Shown piece by piece: positions 1 through 13,984 of a stretch of 64,000 nt of DNA (its first letter is position 1; every line of letters begins with the position of its first letter). Under the pieces are notes generated by a model. That model was not told the DNA's origin. It saw only the letters and a program-made list of their open reading frames with translations, and made no database searches. The stretch spans positions 11,780,001 through 11,844,000 of the forward strand of contig OZ024750.1 in the NCBI GenBank assembly GCA_964016885.1, in the 5' to 3' direction. Source of the DNA: Eledone cirrhosa. Its lineage: Eukaryota. The position numbers and the translations under genes were made by a program.

Positions 1-154
1 ATGTATGTATATGTATATGTATATATATGTATGTATGTATATGTATATGTATGTATGTATGTATATGTATGTATGTATATGTATGTATGTATGTATATAT
101 ATATATGTATGTATATATATATATGTATGTATGTATATATATGTATGTATGTAT

Positions 155-188
<34 letters not shown>

Positions 189-236
189 GTATATATATAT
201 ATATGTATGTATGTATATATATGTATGTATGTATAT

Positions 237-270
<34 letters not shown>

Positions 271-1017
271 GTATATATATATATATGTATGTATATATAT
301 ATATGTATGTATATATATATATGTATGTATATATATATATGTATGTATGTATATGTATATATGTATGTATGTATATGTATGTATGTATGTATATATATGT
401 ATGTATATGTATATATATATATGTATATATATATATGTATATATATATATGTGTATGTATGTATATATATATATGTATATATATATATGTATGTATGTAT
501 ATGTATATATGTATGTATGTATATATATATATGTATGTATGTATATGTATATATGTATGTATGTATATGTATATATGTATGTATGTATATGTATATATGT
601 ATGTATGTATGTATATATGTATGTATGTATATGTATATATATATGTATGTATATGTATATATATATATGTATGTATATGTATATATATATGTATGTATAT
701 GTATGTATATATATATGTATGTATATGTATATATATATATGTATGTATATGTATGTATATGTATATATATGTATATGTATGTATATGTATATATATATGT
801 ATGTATATGTATATATATATGTATGTATGTATATGTATGTATGTATATGTATGTATATGTATGTATGTATATGTATGTATATGTATGTATATATATGTAT
901 GTATATGTATGTATATATGTATGTATATGTATGTATATATGTATGTATATGTATGTATATATGTATGTATATGTATGTATATATGTATGTATATGTATGT
1001 ATATATGTATGTATATG

Positions 1018-1051
<34 letters not shown>

Positions 1052-1627
1052 TGTATGTATGTATGTATATGTATATATATATATATGTATGTATATGTAT
1101 ATATATATATATATGTATGTATATGTATATATATATATATGTATGTATATGTATATATCTATGTATGTGTGTATGTATATGTATATATGTATGTATGTAT
1201 ATGTATATATGTATGTATGTATATGTATATATGTATGTATGTGTATGTATATATGTATGTATGTATATGTATATGTATGTATATGTATATATATATGTAT
1301 GTATATGTATATATGTATGTATATGTATATATATATGTATGTATATGTATATATATATATGTATGTATATGTATATATATATGTATGTATATGTATATAT
1401 ATATATGTATGTATATGTACATATATGTATATATATATGTACGTATATGTATATATATATGTATGTATGTGTATATGTATATATATATATAATGTATGTA
1501 TGTGTGTATATGTATATATATATATAATGTACGTATGTATGTATGTATGTATATATATATAATGTACGTATGTATGTATGTATGTATATATATATAATGT
1601 ACGTATGTATATATATGTATGTATATA
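1..1627. repeat. (TATG)n/(TA)n compound microsatellite
   Basis: Only TA and TATG units; produces artefactual M/Y/V/C/I ORFs. Confidence 0.98.
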
Positions 1628-1667
1628 TTCATTCATTGGTGTCATTAAGAAGTTCCTTACTACTTAC

Positions 1668-1741
1668 TTTCTTGGCACAGAATGGTAGAGAGGCAGGTTT
1701 GGTAGAGACAGAAGTCTGATGATTGGGTGTGCCAGTTACTA
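1668..1741 (-). other. Candidate antisense internal exon (74 nt)
   Basis: Minus strand reads ctttcctcctctttcag|TAGTAACTGG...GCCAAGAAA|gtaagt. Unique sequence between two microsatellite blocks; open as VTGTPNHQTSVSTKPASLPFCAKK (phase 1 in, phase 0 out). Confidence 0.5.
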
Positions 1742-1769
1742 CTGAAAGAGGAGGAAAGAGAAGCAACAA

Positions 1770-2640
1770 GAGAAAGAGAGAGAGGTGTGTGTGTGTGTGG
1801 AGAGTGAAAGAGAGAGAGAGGTGTGTGTGTGAAGAGAGAGAGAGAAGTGTGTGTGTGTGTGTGTGTGAAGAGAGAGAAGTGTGTGTGTGAAGAGAGAGTC
1901 TGAGAGACAGAGGTAGAAAGACAGTCTGAGAGAAACTGGGGTAGAGAGAGAGTGTGAGAGAGAGACTGGTGTAGAGAGAGAGTGTGAGAGAGAGACTGGG
2001 GTAGAGAGAGAGTGAGAAGGAGACTGGGGTAGAGAGAGAGTGAGAGAGAGACTGGTGTAGAGAGAGAGTGTGAGAGAGAGACTGGGGTAGAGAGAGAGTG
2101 AGAAGGAGACTGGGGTAGAGAGAGAGTGAGAGGAGACTGGGGTAGAGAGAGTGTGAGAGGGAGACTGGGGTAGGGAGAGTGTGAGAGGGAGACTGGGGTA
2201 GGGAGATCTGAGAGAGAGACTGGGGTAGAGAGAGAGTGAGAGAGAGACTGGTGTAGAGAGAGAGTGTGAGAGAGAGACTGGGGTAGAGAGAGAGTGAGAA
2301 GGAGACTGGGGTAGAGAGAGTGTGAGAGGGAGACTGGGGTAGGGAGATCTGAGAGAGAGACTGAAGTAGAGAGAGAGTGTGAGAGAGAGACTGAAGTAGA
2401 GAGAGAGTGTGAGAGAGAGACTGGAGTAGAGAGAGAGTCTGAGAGAGAGACTGGGGTAGAGAGAGAGAGTGAGAAGGAGACTGGGGTAGAAGGTGAGTCT
2501 GAGAGAGAGACTGGAGTAGAGGGTGAGTCTGAGAATGAGACTGGAGTAGAGAGAGACTGGAGTAGAGAGAGACTGGAGTAGAGAGAGACTGGAGTAGAGA
2601 GAGAGTCTGAGAGAGAGACTGGGGTAGTAAGAGAGAGAAA
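1770..2640. repeat. GA-rich minisatellite (core gagagagactggggtaga) with (GA)/(GT) tracts
   Basis: Repeated gactggggtaga/gactggagtaga cores separated by (GA)n. Confidence 0.95.
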
Positions 2641-2747
2641 GTGCTATCTAACATAACATTGGTTAATGCAGAGAGGCTAAGGAATCTTTTTACCTTCCAC
2701 CCTACTATGGTATTTATAAATATCAGGTGGTACCTTCATAAGCAGCA

Positions 2748-2782
<35 letters not shown>

Positions 2783-3872
2783 GTCACCAGTCTGTAGTTG
2801 AGGGCTCCTACAGAAGAAGTGTGCTGCCAATTTAGATGGGGTGGAGATTTAATCAGGACTCTCTTCTTTCTATATTTTTTTTTTCTTTTAGTGTGTGTGT
2901 GTTGTTTCGTTTTTGGTCCCTCGCAAACTTTTCAACTTCTTAATTACTTTTACATCTAATATATTGTTATTCTGGTAAATTGAAATGGAACTCTCTCTCT
3001 CTCTCTGTGAAGAGAGAGAGAGATAGACGTATATATATATATATATATATATATACTATTTCTGTCACTTAAGTTCTCTACTGCTAGGAGTTGCACTGTA
3101 CTCAAAAACTGCTCAGGTGACACCTGTTGAGTTATGTGGAGTAGTTAAGATATATCTACTTTTTTCTTCATTATTACACCTTCTTCTAAATCAGTTGTTC
3201 TAAGCCTGGCACTGTCTGATATAATTTATTACAAGAGTTTATATTAATATATGTTATCTGGTCTCTCAATTAATAGCTTTCAATGGAATTGATTTGTGCA
3301 ATGACCCACAAAACTTTCATGTACTTTATAATGTTTTGGTTGATGTTTATTTTAATTGAACCAATTTCAAGGATATAATTAGTTTAAGTTGTTTGGGGTT
3401 TTTTTTTTATTTTTTATTCTTCTCCAAAATAATCTAGTTTAAAGTATTTGAAAAAAAATTATTTTGCTACTTTAAGGTGTTATATAGAAGTAAATTAATT
3501 TAACATTTTAGTTTCTTTCATTTCATTATTATTATTATTTTTGTTTACTCTTTAAATTTTATAGCAGATTTTGTGTGTGCATGTGTGTTAGAATGTGTTG
3601 GAAAATCAGTTTTAGAAAACTTTCTTAATATATATATATATTTATTTATATATATATATATTCTTGGCATATCTTTCAAAATTAATTTTATTTTTATCTT
3701 GGTTCTTTTGTAAATTCTTTGTTTATATAGTTTAAATAACCGATTCTTACAGTGCATATAGTCTAGTATATATTTCTGTTAGTGATTCTCTATGTATAGT
3801 TGAAGATAATAGTTTGGGTTTTTAGTAGGGGGTGGAGCTGTATATTTTGGTATTCTACCTACAGCACTTACA

Positions 3873-4148
3873 ATGGCTTCGAAATGTCGTAGAATTTTAG
3901 CACTAAAAGACAAGGAAGAGAGTAGTTTCCATCAATCAAGGAGCAGAGCTAAGAACCGGAAGATTTACTCACATCGGTCTTTATCGTTGTCATCCCGGAT
4001 CGGTCGGCCGGATTATGGAACTATCCAAGAAGAGGAGGAAGACCTACCACAAAGTTCCCTGATAGGGAAACGTAGTCGTAGCTTAGTGTCTTTAGTACGC
4101 TATAGTTCACGCAAGTCTGTTCACAATTTGGTGAAGATGTTTGAAACT
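3873..4148 (+). CDS. Candidate alternative N-terminal coding exon A of the FRMD4-like gene (92 aa, MASKCRRIL...LVKMFET)
   Basis: Non-repetitive, CpG-containing ORF with good ATG context (acaATGg). Ends at ACT|gtaagt in phase 0, compatible with exon 58549. A possible acceptor ctacag lies at 3864. Linkage to FRMD4 is inferred. Confidence 0.65.
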
Positions 4149-4337
4149 GTAAGTAATATTTTATTTCAATGCAATTATCATCTTTATTATTGTTATTATT
4201 AATATTTTCCTTGGATGTCTGTATATTCACATACATCCCACTGGGCCTCAACTAGGAGCTTGGGGTAGGTGATGGTTTTTTTATGGTACATTTTTCCAGC
4301 TCCATAGATAACTGATTGTTACAAATTATTATTATTA

Positions 4338-4437
4338 CGAGGTCGATAAAATAAAGTACCAGTATTGCACTGGGGTTGATTGGATCGACTTTCCCTTTCC
4401 TCCAAAATTGCTGTCCTTGTGCCTAAATCAGAAACCT
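4338..4437 (+). mobile_element. SINE 3' fragment with (ATT/GTT)n tail
   Basis: gaggtcgataaaataaagtaccagt...ccttgtgcctaaa matches the other SINE copies. Confidence 0.8.
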
Positions 4438-4894
4438 TTATTATTATTATTGTTGTTGTTGTTGTTGTTGTTGTAGTTGTTGCTGTCATTGTTTATATTA
4501 ACAGGATAGCAGTGATAAATATGAACACATCAAAGCAAATGGCTTAACATGATGGAACCAAGGGTGGTTTCAGGGAGTTTCTTATTAAAAGGGTTAAAAC
4601 GTTTATTGTTGAAGCATTAAGATTTACAAGTAAAATAAGTTCTGGAACTTCTTCTTTGCCCACTTATTCCTGAAAGGGTCGTGGAGGGCAGCGTCCTCAA
4701 AACACTCCTTCCAGTGTACTGAAGCAATTAACTAAATTATGTGTTGTGAGTTCGTTTACAAGTATTTCATTAGGTCTCTCTCTCTCTCTAAATTCTATAC
4801 ATTTACATATTGGGCAAAAAACTTGCCTGTCATGGACTTATATGTTAACCAGAGGCAAAGTTTATTTTTGTTGTTATTGCTGTTATTTAATTCC

Positions 4895-5095
4895 AGGTGA
4901 GCCCTGTAATCAAAGGTGTATCGGCTCCTATCAACCTATCTTATTCAGACATACTATATTTAGGACTATAATATCCAGTGTGTTCTTTTTATTTATTTAA
5001 TTTATATTTTATTTTATCTTAAGATGGTAGGGTATGATGTGAAGGAGATTTGGCTGTTATTTCTAGCAGGTCGAGCGAACATGTCAGTGGCTTCT
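4895..5095 (+). mobile_element. Old dispersed repeat (retroposon tail); related copies at ~10440-10598, 29370-29490, 36430-36620, 37130-37200, 39905-39970
   Basis: Shared motifs ttaagatggtagggtatgat...gatttggctgctatttctagcaggt and caggtcagccctgatcaa. Confidence 0.7.
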
Positions 5096-5600
5096 AAACT
5101 GGTCATTATGTACCAACTTAATGGTCGCTTATGATTTCTACAAAGATTAACTAAGAAACCATCTACAACAACAACGTACTAATATTAACCTAATTGGTCC
5201 TATATGATACTTGACATTTAATTAGGTTTCAGGACAATAATGAGTCATGTTATTATAACTGAGGGACTGGCATCAAAATAAACAAAAATTGACCATTTTA
5301 CATCAGGAGACCCAGGGGTAGGTGGTAGAACCCCCACCACCCGAGTAAGATGGTTGGATAACATCCATGAGCTTGGCTGGTCTCGCTTGGGGATCCAGCT
5401 AGATCAGCTGGAGATGGTTGCTTCTGACAGGACCCATTGGAAGGAGTGTTTGAGGACTCTGAAGAAGAAGGATTTGTGTACTTAATTGCTGAACATGGAA
5501 TAGTTGAGGAATACTATGAATAAAACAAACTAAGAATGAAGGATTTGGGGAGAGAAAGTGTCGAAGTTAATTTAATTGATTCAATAGTATTATTTTATTA

Positions 5601-5724
5601 GGATTGGCAGTATCGGTAGAGGGTCGGACGCCATGCTTTGACGCATTGAGTTACGGCCCTTGCCATTCTGAGTTCAAATCCCACCGAGGTTGACTTTGCC
5701 TTTCGTCCTTTCAAAAGTAGAAAC
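5601..5724 (+). mobile_element. tRNA-derived SINE, internally deleted copy
   Basis: ggattggcagtatcggtagag...gagttcaaatcc (B box)...gcctttc joined directly to aaaagtagaaac. Confidence 0.85.
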
Positions 5725-5762
5725 AATTATTTTATTAACCCCATAAAGATGAAATGTGGAAG

Positions 5763-5850
5763 TATGAGGGTCAGCTGAAAAGTTTATGGGCTGACCAAGA
5801 TACTCGCATGGAATGACCAAATGAGGTTTATTTTTTTTAAACATAGTTCC
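5763..5850 (+). mobile_element. Mariner-type terminal fragment
   Basis: TA-tgagggtcagctgaaaagtt resembles a mariner TIR; similar to the MITE at 22030. Confidence 0.55.
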
Positions 5851-6034
5851 CGGAAAGAAACAATGCAGTTATTAATAAGAGTTGAAATTAATGCTTACAA
5901 GATTTCACAGCTCTAGCATCACTCCTTCATAGTAAGCCTACCCTTATAACATTCAGAGACCTAAGAGTACATTTTTTTTTTGTGTAATCAAGTATATTAC
6001 AAATGCACATGCATGCATATCGCACGTGCACAGC

Positions 6035-7113
6035 TACCACACACACACACACATGTAAACACATGCACACACAAACACACGTGTACATACACACTCGAAG
6101 AAAGTTTGTGATATCCAGGTGTGATGTGTGACACTGATAAACACACACTGATACACACACACACACACACACACGTAGATGCACACACACTCTCACACAC
6201 AAACTCACATGTACATACAGACATGTAAACACACACACACACACACGCGTAGATGCACACACACTTACAAACACATGTAGATGCACACACACACCTACAC
6301 TGATACACACACACCTACACTGATATACACACACACATGTAGATGCACACACACACATGTAGATGCACACACACTTACAAACACATGTAGATGCACACAC
6401 ACCTACACTGATATACACACACATGTAGATGCACACACACTTACACACACATGTAAAACAGTCTAAATATAATGTTTGTGATTTCCAGGTTAAAAGTGTG
6501 ACCCTGATAAGATAAACACACACTCACACACACACACATGTACATACAGACATATAAACACACACATGTAGACACATGTAGACACACTAACACACATGTA
6601 GACATGCTAAATATAATGTTTGTGATATCCAGGTTAAAAGTGTGATGCTGATAAACAATAAATGTTGTTATATCTAAGATATGATATCAGCTGATTACTG
6701 ATAGATATGTCACGATCTACCTTGATGTTGATAATTATAATTGTTTCTACGTTTGGCACAAAGCCAGCAATTTCCCCAGTGTATTACTGGTACTTTATTT
6801 TATCGACCCCGTAAGGATGAAAGGCAAAGTTAACCTCAGCGGGATTTGAACTCAGAATGGCAAGGGCCGTAACTCTATGCGCCAAAGCATGGCGTCCGAC
6901 CCTCTACCGATACTGCCAATCCACAAAACTATAATGATAGTAATTGTGGTAGTAGTGGTAGTTGTTGTGGTAATAGTAGTGGTAGTAGTAGCTGTAGTAG
7001 TATTAGTAGTAGTAGTTGTTTAGTTTATATAGAATGAATTCACTTTTACTTAGTTTATTTCCACATTTAGCGAGACACTATTTCTGCCTATATATTGCAT
7101 ACTCAGCTTGTTA

Positions 7114-7154
<41 letters not shown>

Positions 7155-7309
7155 CATGTACGGGTGTGTGTGTATATATATATACATGTAAGGGTGTGTG
7201 TGTATATATATATATATGTAGGTGTGTGTGTATATATATATATATGTAGGTGTGTGTGTGTATATGTATATATATACATGTAGGTGTGTGTGTGTATATA
7301 TATATGTAG

Positions 7310-7341
<32 letters not shown>

Positions 7342-7386
7342 GTAGGTGTGTGTGTGTATATATATATACATGTAGGTGTGTGTATG

Positions 7387-7424
<38 letters not shown>

Positions 7425-8318
7425 AGTGCGTGTGTGTATATATATGTGTGTGTGTGTATGTATATGTATGAGTGTGTGTGTGTATGTGTGTGTGTGTGTG
7501 TTTGTTTGTATGTATGTGTGTGCATGTGTGTATACCCATGTTTAGCTAGGTAAAATGTGTGTATATGTGGCATGTGATTATATATATATATATACATGTA
7601 GGTGTGTATATGTGTACATATATATATATATGTGTATGAGTGTGTGTGTGTGTGTATATATATATATGTGTGTGTTTGTATGTATATGTGTGTGTATACC
7701 CATGTTTAGCTAGGTGAAATGTGTGTATATGTGGCATGTGATTATAATGTGTATGTGCATCATGTAATGTGTACATATGTGTGTGTATGTATGTATGTCT
7801 GTAAGGTGAAAAATAGTATTCCTGTGAGTATTCATTCATTCATGCAAGGACAAATCCATTTATAGGTGTGTGTGTGTGTGTGTCTGTGTGTTTATCTCTG
7901 TGTGTTTATCTCTGTGTGTTTATCTCTGTGTGTTTATCTCTGTGTGTGTGTATGAACATATGAACTAGCATCTGTTCTCAAGTTCGCACTGTATCTGTCG
8001 AAGATGTATGTGTGTGTATATGTATGTATGTTAGTATGTGTGTGTGTGTATATGTATGTATGTTAGTGTGTGCATGTACTTCCATTCTTTAAGAAAGCAT
8101 TGTTTATGTATACTAACAAATCAGGGGGAAAAAAACTGTGTATACACACACACACACACTGTATGTATGTATGTATATGTATGTATGTGTGTATGTATGT
8201 ATGTATGTATGTATGTATGTATGTATGTATGTATGTATGTATGCTTATTTTTACTCAGGCATAGCATCATAGATGTTCTGCATCCTAAGTTTTTCTTACT
8301 TTTTTTTCTGTTTATATA

Positions 8319-8350
<32 letters not shown>

Positions 8351-8364
8351 ACTTTATTTATCTA

Positions 8365-8399
<35 letters not shown>

Positions 8400-8592
8400 A
8401 TACAACTTTATATATAACTATTGATGATGATGATGATATATTTCTCTACTGGAGCCTCCTAACAATCTGTAAAGGTGAAGTTGTCTGGGAACAGTAGGTG
8501 TTAACTTTGATAAAGTGAACCAATAATAACCAGACTAAGGTTTGGTGGGGAGAGACTCTCTCTCTCTCTCACGTACTCTCATTCACACACAC

Positions 8593-8670
<78 letters not shown>

Positions 8671-8759
8671 ACACACTCCCTTTCACACACACACACCCTC
8701 TCTCTCTATATATATATATCTCACACACTCCCTTTCACTCACACACACACACACACTCT

Positions 8760-8792
<33 letters not shown>

Positions 8793-8821
8793 TATCACAC
8801 ACACTCTCTACCTCTTTCTTT

Positions 8822-8863
<42 letters not shown>

Positions 8864-8880
8864 ACACTCTATCTATCTAT
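6035..8880. repeat. (CA)n/(TA)n/(GT)n/(CT)n microsatellite-rich region with local duplications
   Basis: Repeated acatgtagatgcacac units; duplicated blocks 6460-6510/6605-6655 and 7530-7580/7694-7745. Confidence 0.9.
6743..6924 (-). mobile_element. tRNA-derived SINE, full-length young family
   Basis: Reverse complement of ggattggcagtatcggtagagggtcggac...gagttcaaatccc...gcctttcatccttacggggtcgataaaataaagtacc...gtagaaac plus (att)n. Confidence 0.92.
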
Positions 8881-9029
8881 TGCTAGAACTAACATCAATC
8901 TATCTTCCCAAACTACAGATCGTTATCAAATATTTAACCTACATAAAGTTGATATGCCTTACTTTTTTATAATAGCAATTTCTCTTTGGATTAACCCCCA
9001 GTTTCCTGAATTATATTATAAGGCAGGTA

Positions 9030-9410
9030 AAGGTGTTGTGATGTGGTGTGCATGACTTTCCCAAAGATATTAGCAGTGTTACTGTAAATGTTGTGATGTG
9101 GTGGTGTACATGCCTTTCCCAAAGATATTAGCAGTGTTACTGTAAATGTTGTGATGTGGTGGTGTACGTGCCTTTCCCAAAGATATTAGCAGTGTTACTG
9201 CAAATGTTGTGATGTGGTGGTGTACATGCCTTTCCCAAAGATATTAGCAGTGCTGGTGCAGGTGAAGTGATGCATTAAGATGTTGTGATGTGATTTACAT
9301 GACTTTCCCAAAGATATTAGCAGGGCTACTGCAGGTGTTGTGATGTGGTGGTGTACATGACTTTCTCAAAGATATTAGCAGTGATACTGCAGGTGAAGTG
9401 ATGAACTGAA
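9030..9410. repeat. ~58-bp minisatellite, ~6 copies
   Basis: aaagatattagcagt recurs at 9063, 9121, 9179 and onward. Confidence 0.9.
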
Positions 9411-9639
9411 GTGGTTTCAACCTGGGATAGGAGACTATATGTTAGGAGCTTACCTTGTTCTTTATTCAAATATAATACAGTCATCACTTGCAATTGAATA
9501 TGACTTGGTAATTTATTTTAACAGTAAAATAAGATTCCAGGGTAGTGAATTGGTAGAATTGTTAGAATGACAGATAAAATGCATTATAGAATTTGTTCCA
9601 ATTCTTTGTGTTTGGAGTTCAAATTCTGCTGTGGTAGTC

Positions 9640-9865
9640 TTAACCCTTTAGTATTTACATTACTCTATATATACTATTGTATTTTCATGGTAAAGGCTTT
9701 ATCACACATAATTATCTCACATAATATCAAATCTATGAGATTTTGATATTTATTTTGAGAATAATACCTTAACATCAGTATGAGTGACCAGTTACAGCCA
9801 GTTTGAACAGAAAGAGGTGAGAGAATTCTGGCCGGATATGGCCGGTTTAAATGCTAAAGGGTTAA
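9640..9865. mobile_element. piggyBac-type MITE family 1 (TTAA-CCCT ends)
   Basis: ttaaccctttagtattt ... aaatgctaaagggttaa terminal inverted repeats; other copies at 15301-15489, 47833-48060, 62693-62934. Confidence 0.85.
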
Positions 9866-11592
9866 TCCATTACCTGGCATAACACCATCATCTGACTATT
9901 GATTACCTTTAGTATTTGACTCTGGTCTCTGGTTATCTTCATCTCTCTCAGTCTCATGGGTTCTGCCTTTCTTTAATTAAACTGCAAATTATAAAAATAA
10001 ATGTAATTGTGAAATTACCTTCTTACATTCCACTGTTATTTGTACATCAGTTAATGATTCCCAGGTTTAACACCACACCTGGCCCTTGGGTCTTTTTAGT
10101 GGAGTCCACCTAGTTAGAAGCATTCATCCCAAGTCTTTGATCTGAAGATAACTTCCTTCATTCTTACCATCACTCTCAGAGGCACTAAAAAGGGTCACAG
10201 ACACTGCTTTTATTCCTATAATTAAGTGATAAAAAACAACTTAATTGTAACCTCCCCTACTCTCGTTCTGAGGGTCTTTTAGTTCCTTTTTAGGCTGCTG
10301 TATATCACATATGTAGTCTCTTAATTGCTATATCAAAGCAACCCAATTCTCTCTTTTTAACTATTTTCACCTGTAGCTGTTTGTTTGTTTATGATATTCT
10401 ATATTTATGTTTGTTTTATATAAGATAACTTGTAGTTTAACCACAGGTCAGCTCTGATCAAACATTCTTATGATCAAAGGTATTCTACCAATGACCATCC
10501 TGTCAGTTTATATATGTAGAACCACATTATCTAAGATGTTCTTTACTTTTTTAAGATGGTAGAGTATGATTTAAAGGGAATCTAGCTGCCATTTCTACAA
10601 TAATAATAATAAAAAGGTGTTTCTTTGTTATTGATTAAATCCATCACTATTTTTGTTTAATTTAATTTGTGAGACATTAAATTCTTAATCAGAGAGAGAA
10701 AGATATATAGAACCCCCCCCCCCTCTCTCTCTCTCTCAACTTCAATCTGTGCCATTTTCAATGTGATTTAGGTGAACACCAGTTGAAGAATCTTTTTACC
10801 AAGTTGATGTTTCCCAGGTTTCTTTTTTTTCTTTGAAAATATCTTGGTTTGATATCTTCAAGTGTTTTCAGATCTTATTTACTATTAATTTTATTGGTTT
10901 TTTTTCCTTCAAGACACTCACTTATTAAAAGCCATTTCCATAGAGGAGGGTTTATTTATCTATTTATTCATTGCTACCATCTTTTTAGCATCTGCTTTTT
11001 AATGCTGTCATGACCTAATTAGGGGGTCAGCTCAGCAACCCTCCCCCATCTCCTTAATTCATTTCCCTATTAGGGTATTGAGAAACAGCTCCCCACTTAG
11101 CTCATCATGTGTAATTTCATTTCAAGTATATTGTTTATTTTAGCTGCCAATAATCTCTGGCACACAGTAGTTGTCCACATAGCAAGTGTTCCAGTCTCCA
11201 TTTCTTAACTAATATATCCATTTATATTATTACCTGTGTATGTGTAAGAGAGAGATGGAGTTACATTTCATTCTACAGTCTGTTTTTTATTTAGTTGAAC
11301 TCGGGTTATTTTCAGCTCATCTTGAGAAATCACTAGGCTAACTTTATATTTTATATTTGTATGAGATACATCATCATATCATATCATATCAAGCTATGGT
11401 AGTTTTGGTTATTTTTGTACGGTTTCTTTTCTCTAAGAAAAACAGTTACCAATAAGTGAAGCATTCAAGCATCTACATACATCATCATAATGTTGTGATA
11501 TGTTTCTATATTATATGTAATCTTACTTCATGCCTTTGTGCCAACATATTCAAATAGATGTAAAATCTATTTTATTACTGAAATGGCTTGTG

Positions 11593-11667
11593 GCTACCAC
11601 ATGTTCAGCTACCACATGTTCAGCTACCACATGTTCAGCTACCACATGTTCAGTTATCACATGTTCA
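11593..11667. repeat. 15-bp tandem repeat gctaccacatgttca, ~5 copies
   Basis: Direct inspection. Confidence 0.9.
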
Positions 11668-11749
11668 CAAATTGGTTGAAATTGTGTTTATATTTTCTCT
11701 TTATTTAAATCTATGTGTTTTATTGGCTGTGGTAGCTTATAGAAGTATC

Positions 11750-11791
<42 letters not shown>

Positions 11792-11824
11792 TCATGGTAG
11801 CTCATAGAAGTATCTATATTATAA

Positions 11825-11859
<35 letters not shown>

Positions 11860-11867
11860 TACCTGTG

Positions 11868-11898
<31 letters not shown>

Positions 11899-12084
11899 TC
11901 AGCATATTACAGGTTATATTTTCTCTATTGAAGAGAGAGACTGGTTGATATCAAAAGCCAATGCTTTAACTGCTGAAGGAAATAAAATTGTCAAGAAATC
12001 TTGAGTATGGACCTAAAAGAGATAATTGCTAAGGTATAGGTTATAAATAAGAGCTTTGAGCTTCTAGCTTCCAGGAAAAGTTAC

Positions 12085-12192
12085 CTTTAAGAGAAGTTGT
12101 TCTCTTTATTTATTGATTAGCCTTTTTAGTATCTCCAAGACAGGTGAGAATGATGTGGTAAATGGAATTCTTGAAACATTTCAAGTTGTCAG
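12085..12192 (-). other. Candidate non-coding antisense exon (108 nt)
   Basis: Minus strand ttttttcttttctttttcctgcag|CTGAC...CTTAAAG|gtaact; stop codons in all three frames. Confidence 0.3.
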
Positions 12193-12461
12193 CTGCAGGA
12201 AAAAGAAAAGAAAAAATCATGGTCATGAAGAGAATTTCAGAGGGATCTATATTTTGAGAGGGAAGGATTGGGTGTAGGAGCTAGTGTGGAGCCTATGGGC
12301 AGTGGGGAAGAGGTGCACCATATCTGGGATGAGAGGAGGAGAGATAAGTGTATTGAAGGGAGTCCCTAAGCGGGGTGTGGCATAAGTCCTGCCAGTTCTG
12401 AAGAAACCACTGTAGTAATGATGGAAAAGAAGCAAGTGTAGTGTAGCTAAAGATAATAATT

Positions 12462-12641
12462 GTTTCTACTTTTTGGCACAAGGCCAGCAATTACCCCAGT
12501 GCATTACTGATACTTTATTTTATCGACCCCCGTAAGGATAAAAGGCAAAGTTAACCTCGGTGGGATTTGAACTCGGATTGCAAAGGGACGTAACTCAATG
12601 CTGCAAAGCATGGCATCAGACCCTCTGCCGATACTGCCAAT
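12462..12641 (-). mobile_element. tRNA-derived SINE
   Basis: Same family as 6743-6924. Confidence 0.92.
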
Positions 12642-12715
12642 CATTGGTTTTGTGTATTTGATGAAAAGTTACTACTAATGTCTGGTAGGTTGAGATGGAG
12701 GCTGAAGTATTTGTA

Positions 12716-12916
12716 TATTAGACTCATAGACATGTTGGTGGTATGATGATTATATATCATTTGAAACCTGTTATTATACATACTTGTTTAACCCCCGCCA
12801 TCTTGGATAAGTAGACAGTAACCTACTGCCGCTGCTGCTGCTGTTGCTGCTGCTGTACCAGTAGTGAGAATGTGCAACAAGTTACTTACTGTACTGTACT
12901 AAGTAGGAAAGAATTA

Positions 12917-12918
<2 letters not shown>
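12716..12918. repeat. Dispersed ~200-bp repeat, copy 1 (copy 2 at 40138-40333), abutting (TA)n
   Basis: Near-identical tattagactcatagacat...cccgccatcttggataag...aggaaagaattag. Confidence 0.9.
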
Positions 12919-12950
<32 letters not shown>

Positions 12951-12954
<4 letters not shown>

Positions 12955-13048
12955 CAGGATTAAACCAGGATTCAACAGAGTACTCAATACTTGAGATAGT
13001 AGAGTGTTACTATATTAGAAAGAGTCGGGGTTTGACGGCTGAGCTCTT
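12951..13048 (-). mobile_element. Penelope-like terminal remnant, family B (hammerhead 3' end plus GAGTAC tail)
   Basis: Reverse complement matches 31445-31480 and 58910-58974; ends against (TA)n. Confidence 0.6.
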
Positions 13049-13667
13049 TAATGTAATGGTTTGACAAATGTTTAGTGATATATACCATAATTAAGAAATA
13101 GGTATGGATCAGCCAGAGCCTATAGTAGTAGAAGTGCTACACTGTGGGATGGTACCAAAAGGTAGGGGCCAGCCAGGGCCTAGCGTAGTAGAAGTGCCAC
13201 ACTGTAGGATGGTAACAACAGCCAGAACCTATAGCAGAAGTGCCTTGCTGGGATTGTACCAGCTAGAGCCTAGAGTAGTAGAAGTACCTCACTGTGTAAT
13301 CATACCAAAAACTACATGGTTCCAAAGCAAACTAATAATTTTGTTTTTAATCATGAAAACCAGAGAGTAAAAATTAAGAAAAATAAAAAGGAAACCTATT
13401 TGCCATAGGGAACTTATCTGTTGGTTTAATTCTATAACTGACACCCAATCAACACAAAATATTTACTTTAACATTTAAGCTGTGAAGGATGAAGATTAAT
13501 CAAAGCAGACTTTTTCTTTTAATGTCAGTTATTTCTCAATCTTTATGAAGTTAGAAGGATATAATAAATATAAACCAGACTCTAAGGAAACTATGGCAGT
13601 CGGTATCAGATAAAATCAGGTAAAAATATTTATAAATATTAATATAAAGGTACAGGTATGGCTAGAG

Positions 13668-13984
13668 CAGGGGTGTGCAATATATTCCATTAGTGGGCCA
13701 CTTTTAAACATTTGAACAACTATTAGCGCCATTAATATTTATTAAGCACTATTCGAAAGATTCACCACAACTTCTTTCCATAACATGAAACTGGGAAATT
13801 ATAACACACATAACCCTATCAGTGAAGCCCTTTAGTATAGGTCAACTAACAGAAAATTGTATTACGGTTACGAAAATAATTCTAAATAAGTCTACAAGGT
13901 AAAAATTAAAAAGTCATCGTGAGCCACTCTGACTAGTCAAGCGGGCCAGATTGTGACCCACGGGCTGCCTGTTGCACGCCCCTG
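13668..13984. mobile_element. hAT-type MITE
   Basis: TIR caggggtgtgcaa / ttgcacgcccctg; 8-bp TSD ggctagag/ggatagaa (6/8); subterminal gcgggcc motifs. Confidence 0.85.

Noticed and set aside
1-1632. ~500-aa ORFs in all three + frames
   Set aside because: Stop-free translation of a TA/TATG microsatellite; no protein complexity.
9907-9981. Minus-strand coding exon linking the candidate antisense exons
   Set aside because: The good acceptor (ttgcag) gives stops in all frames; an in-phase version needs a weak downstream AAG acceptor. Too speculative.
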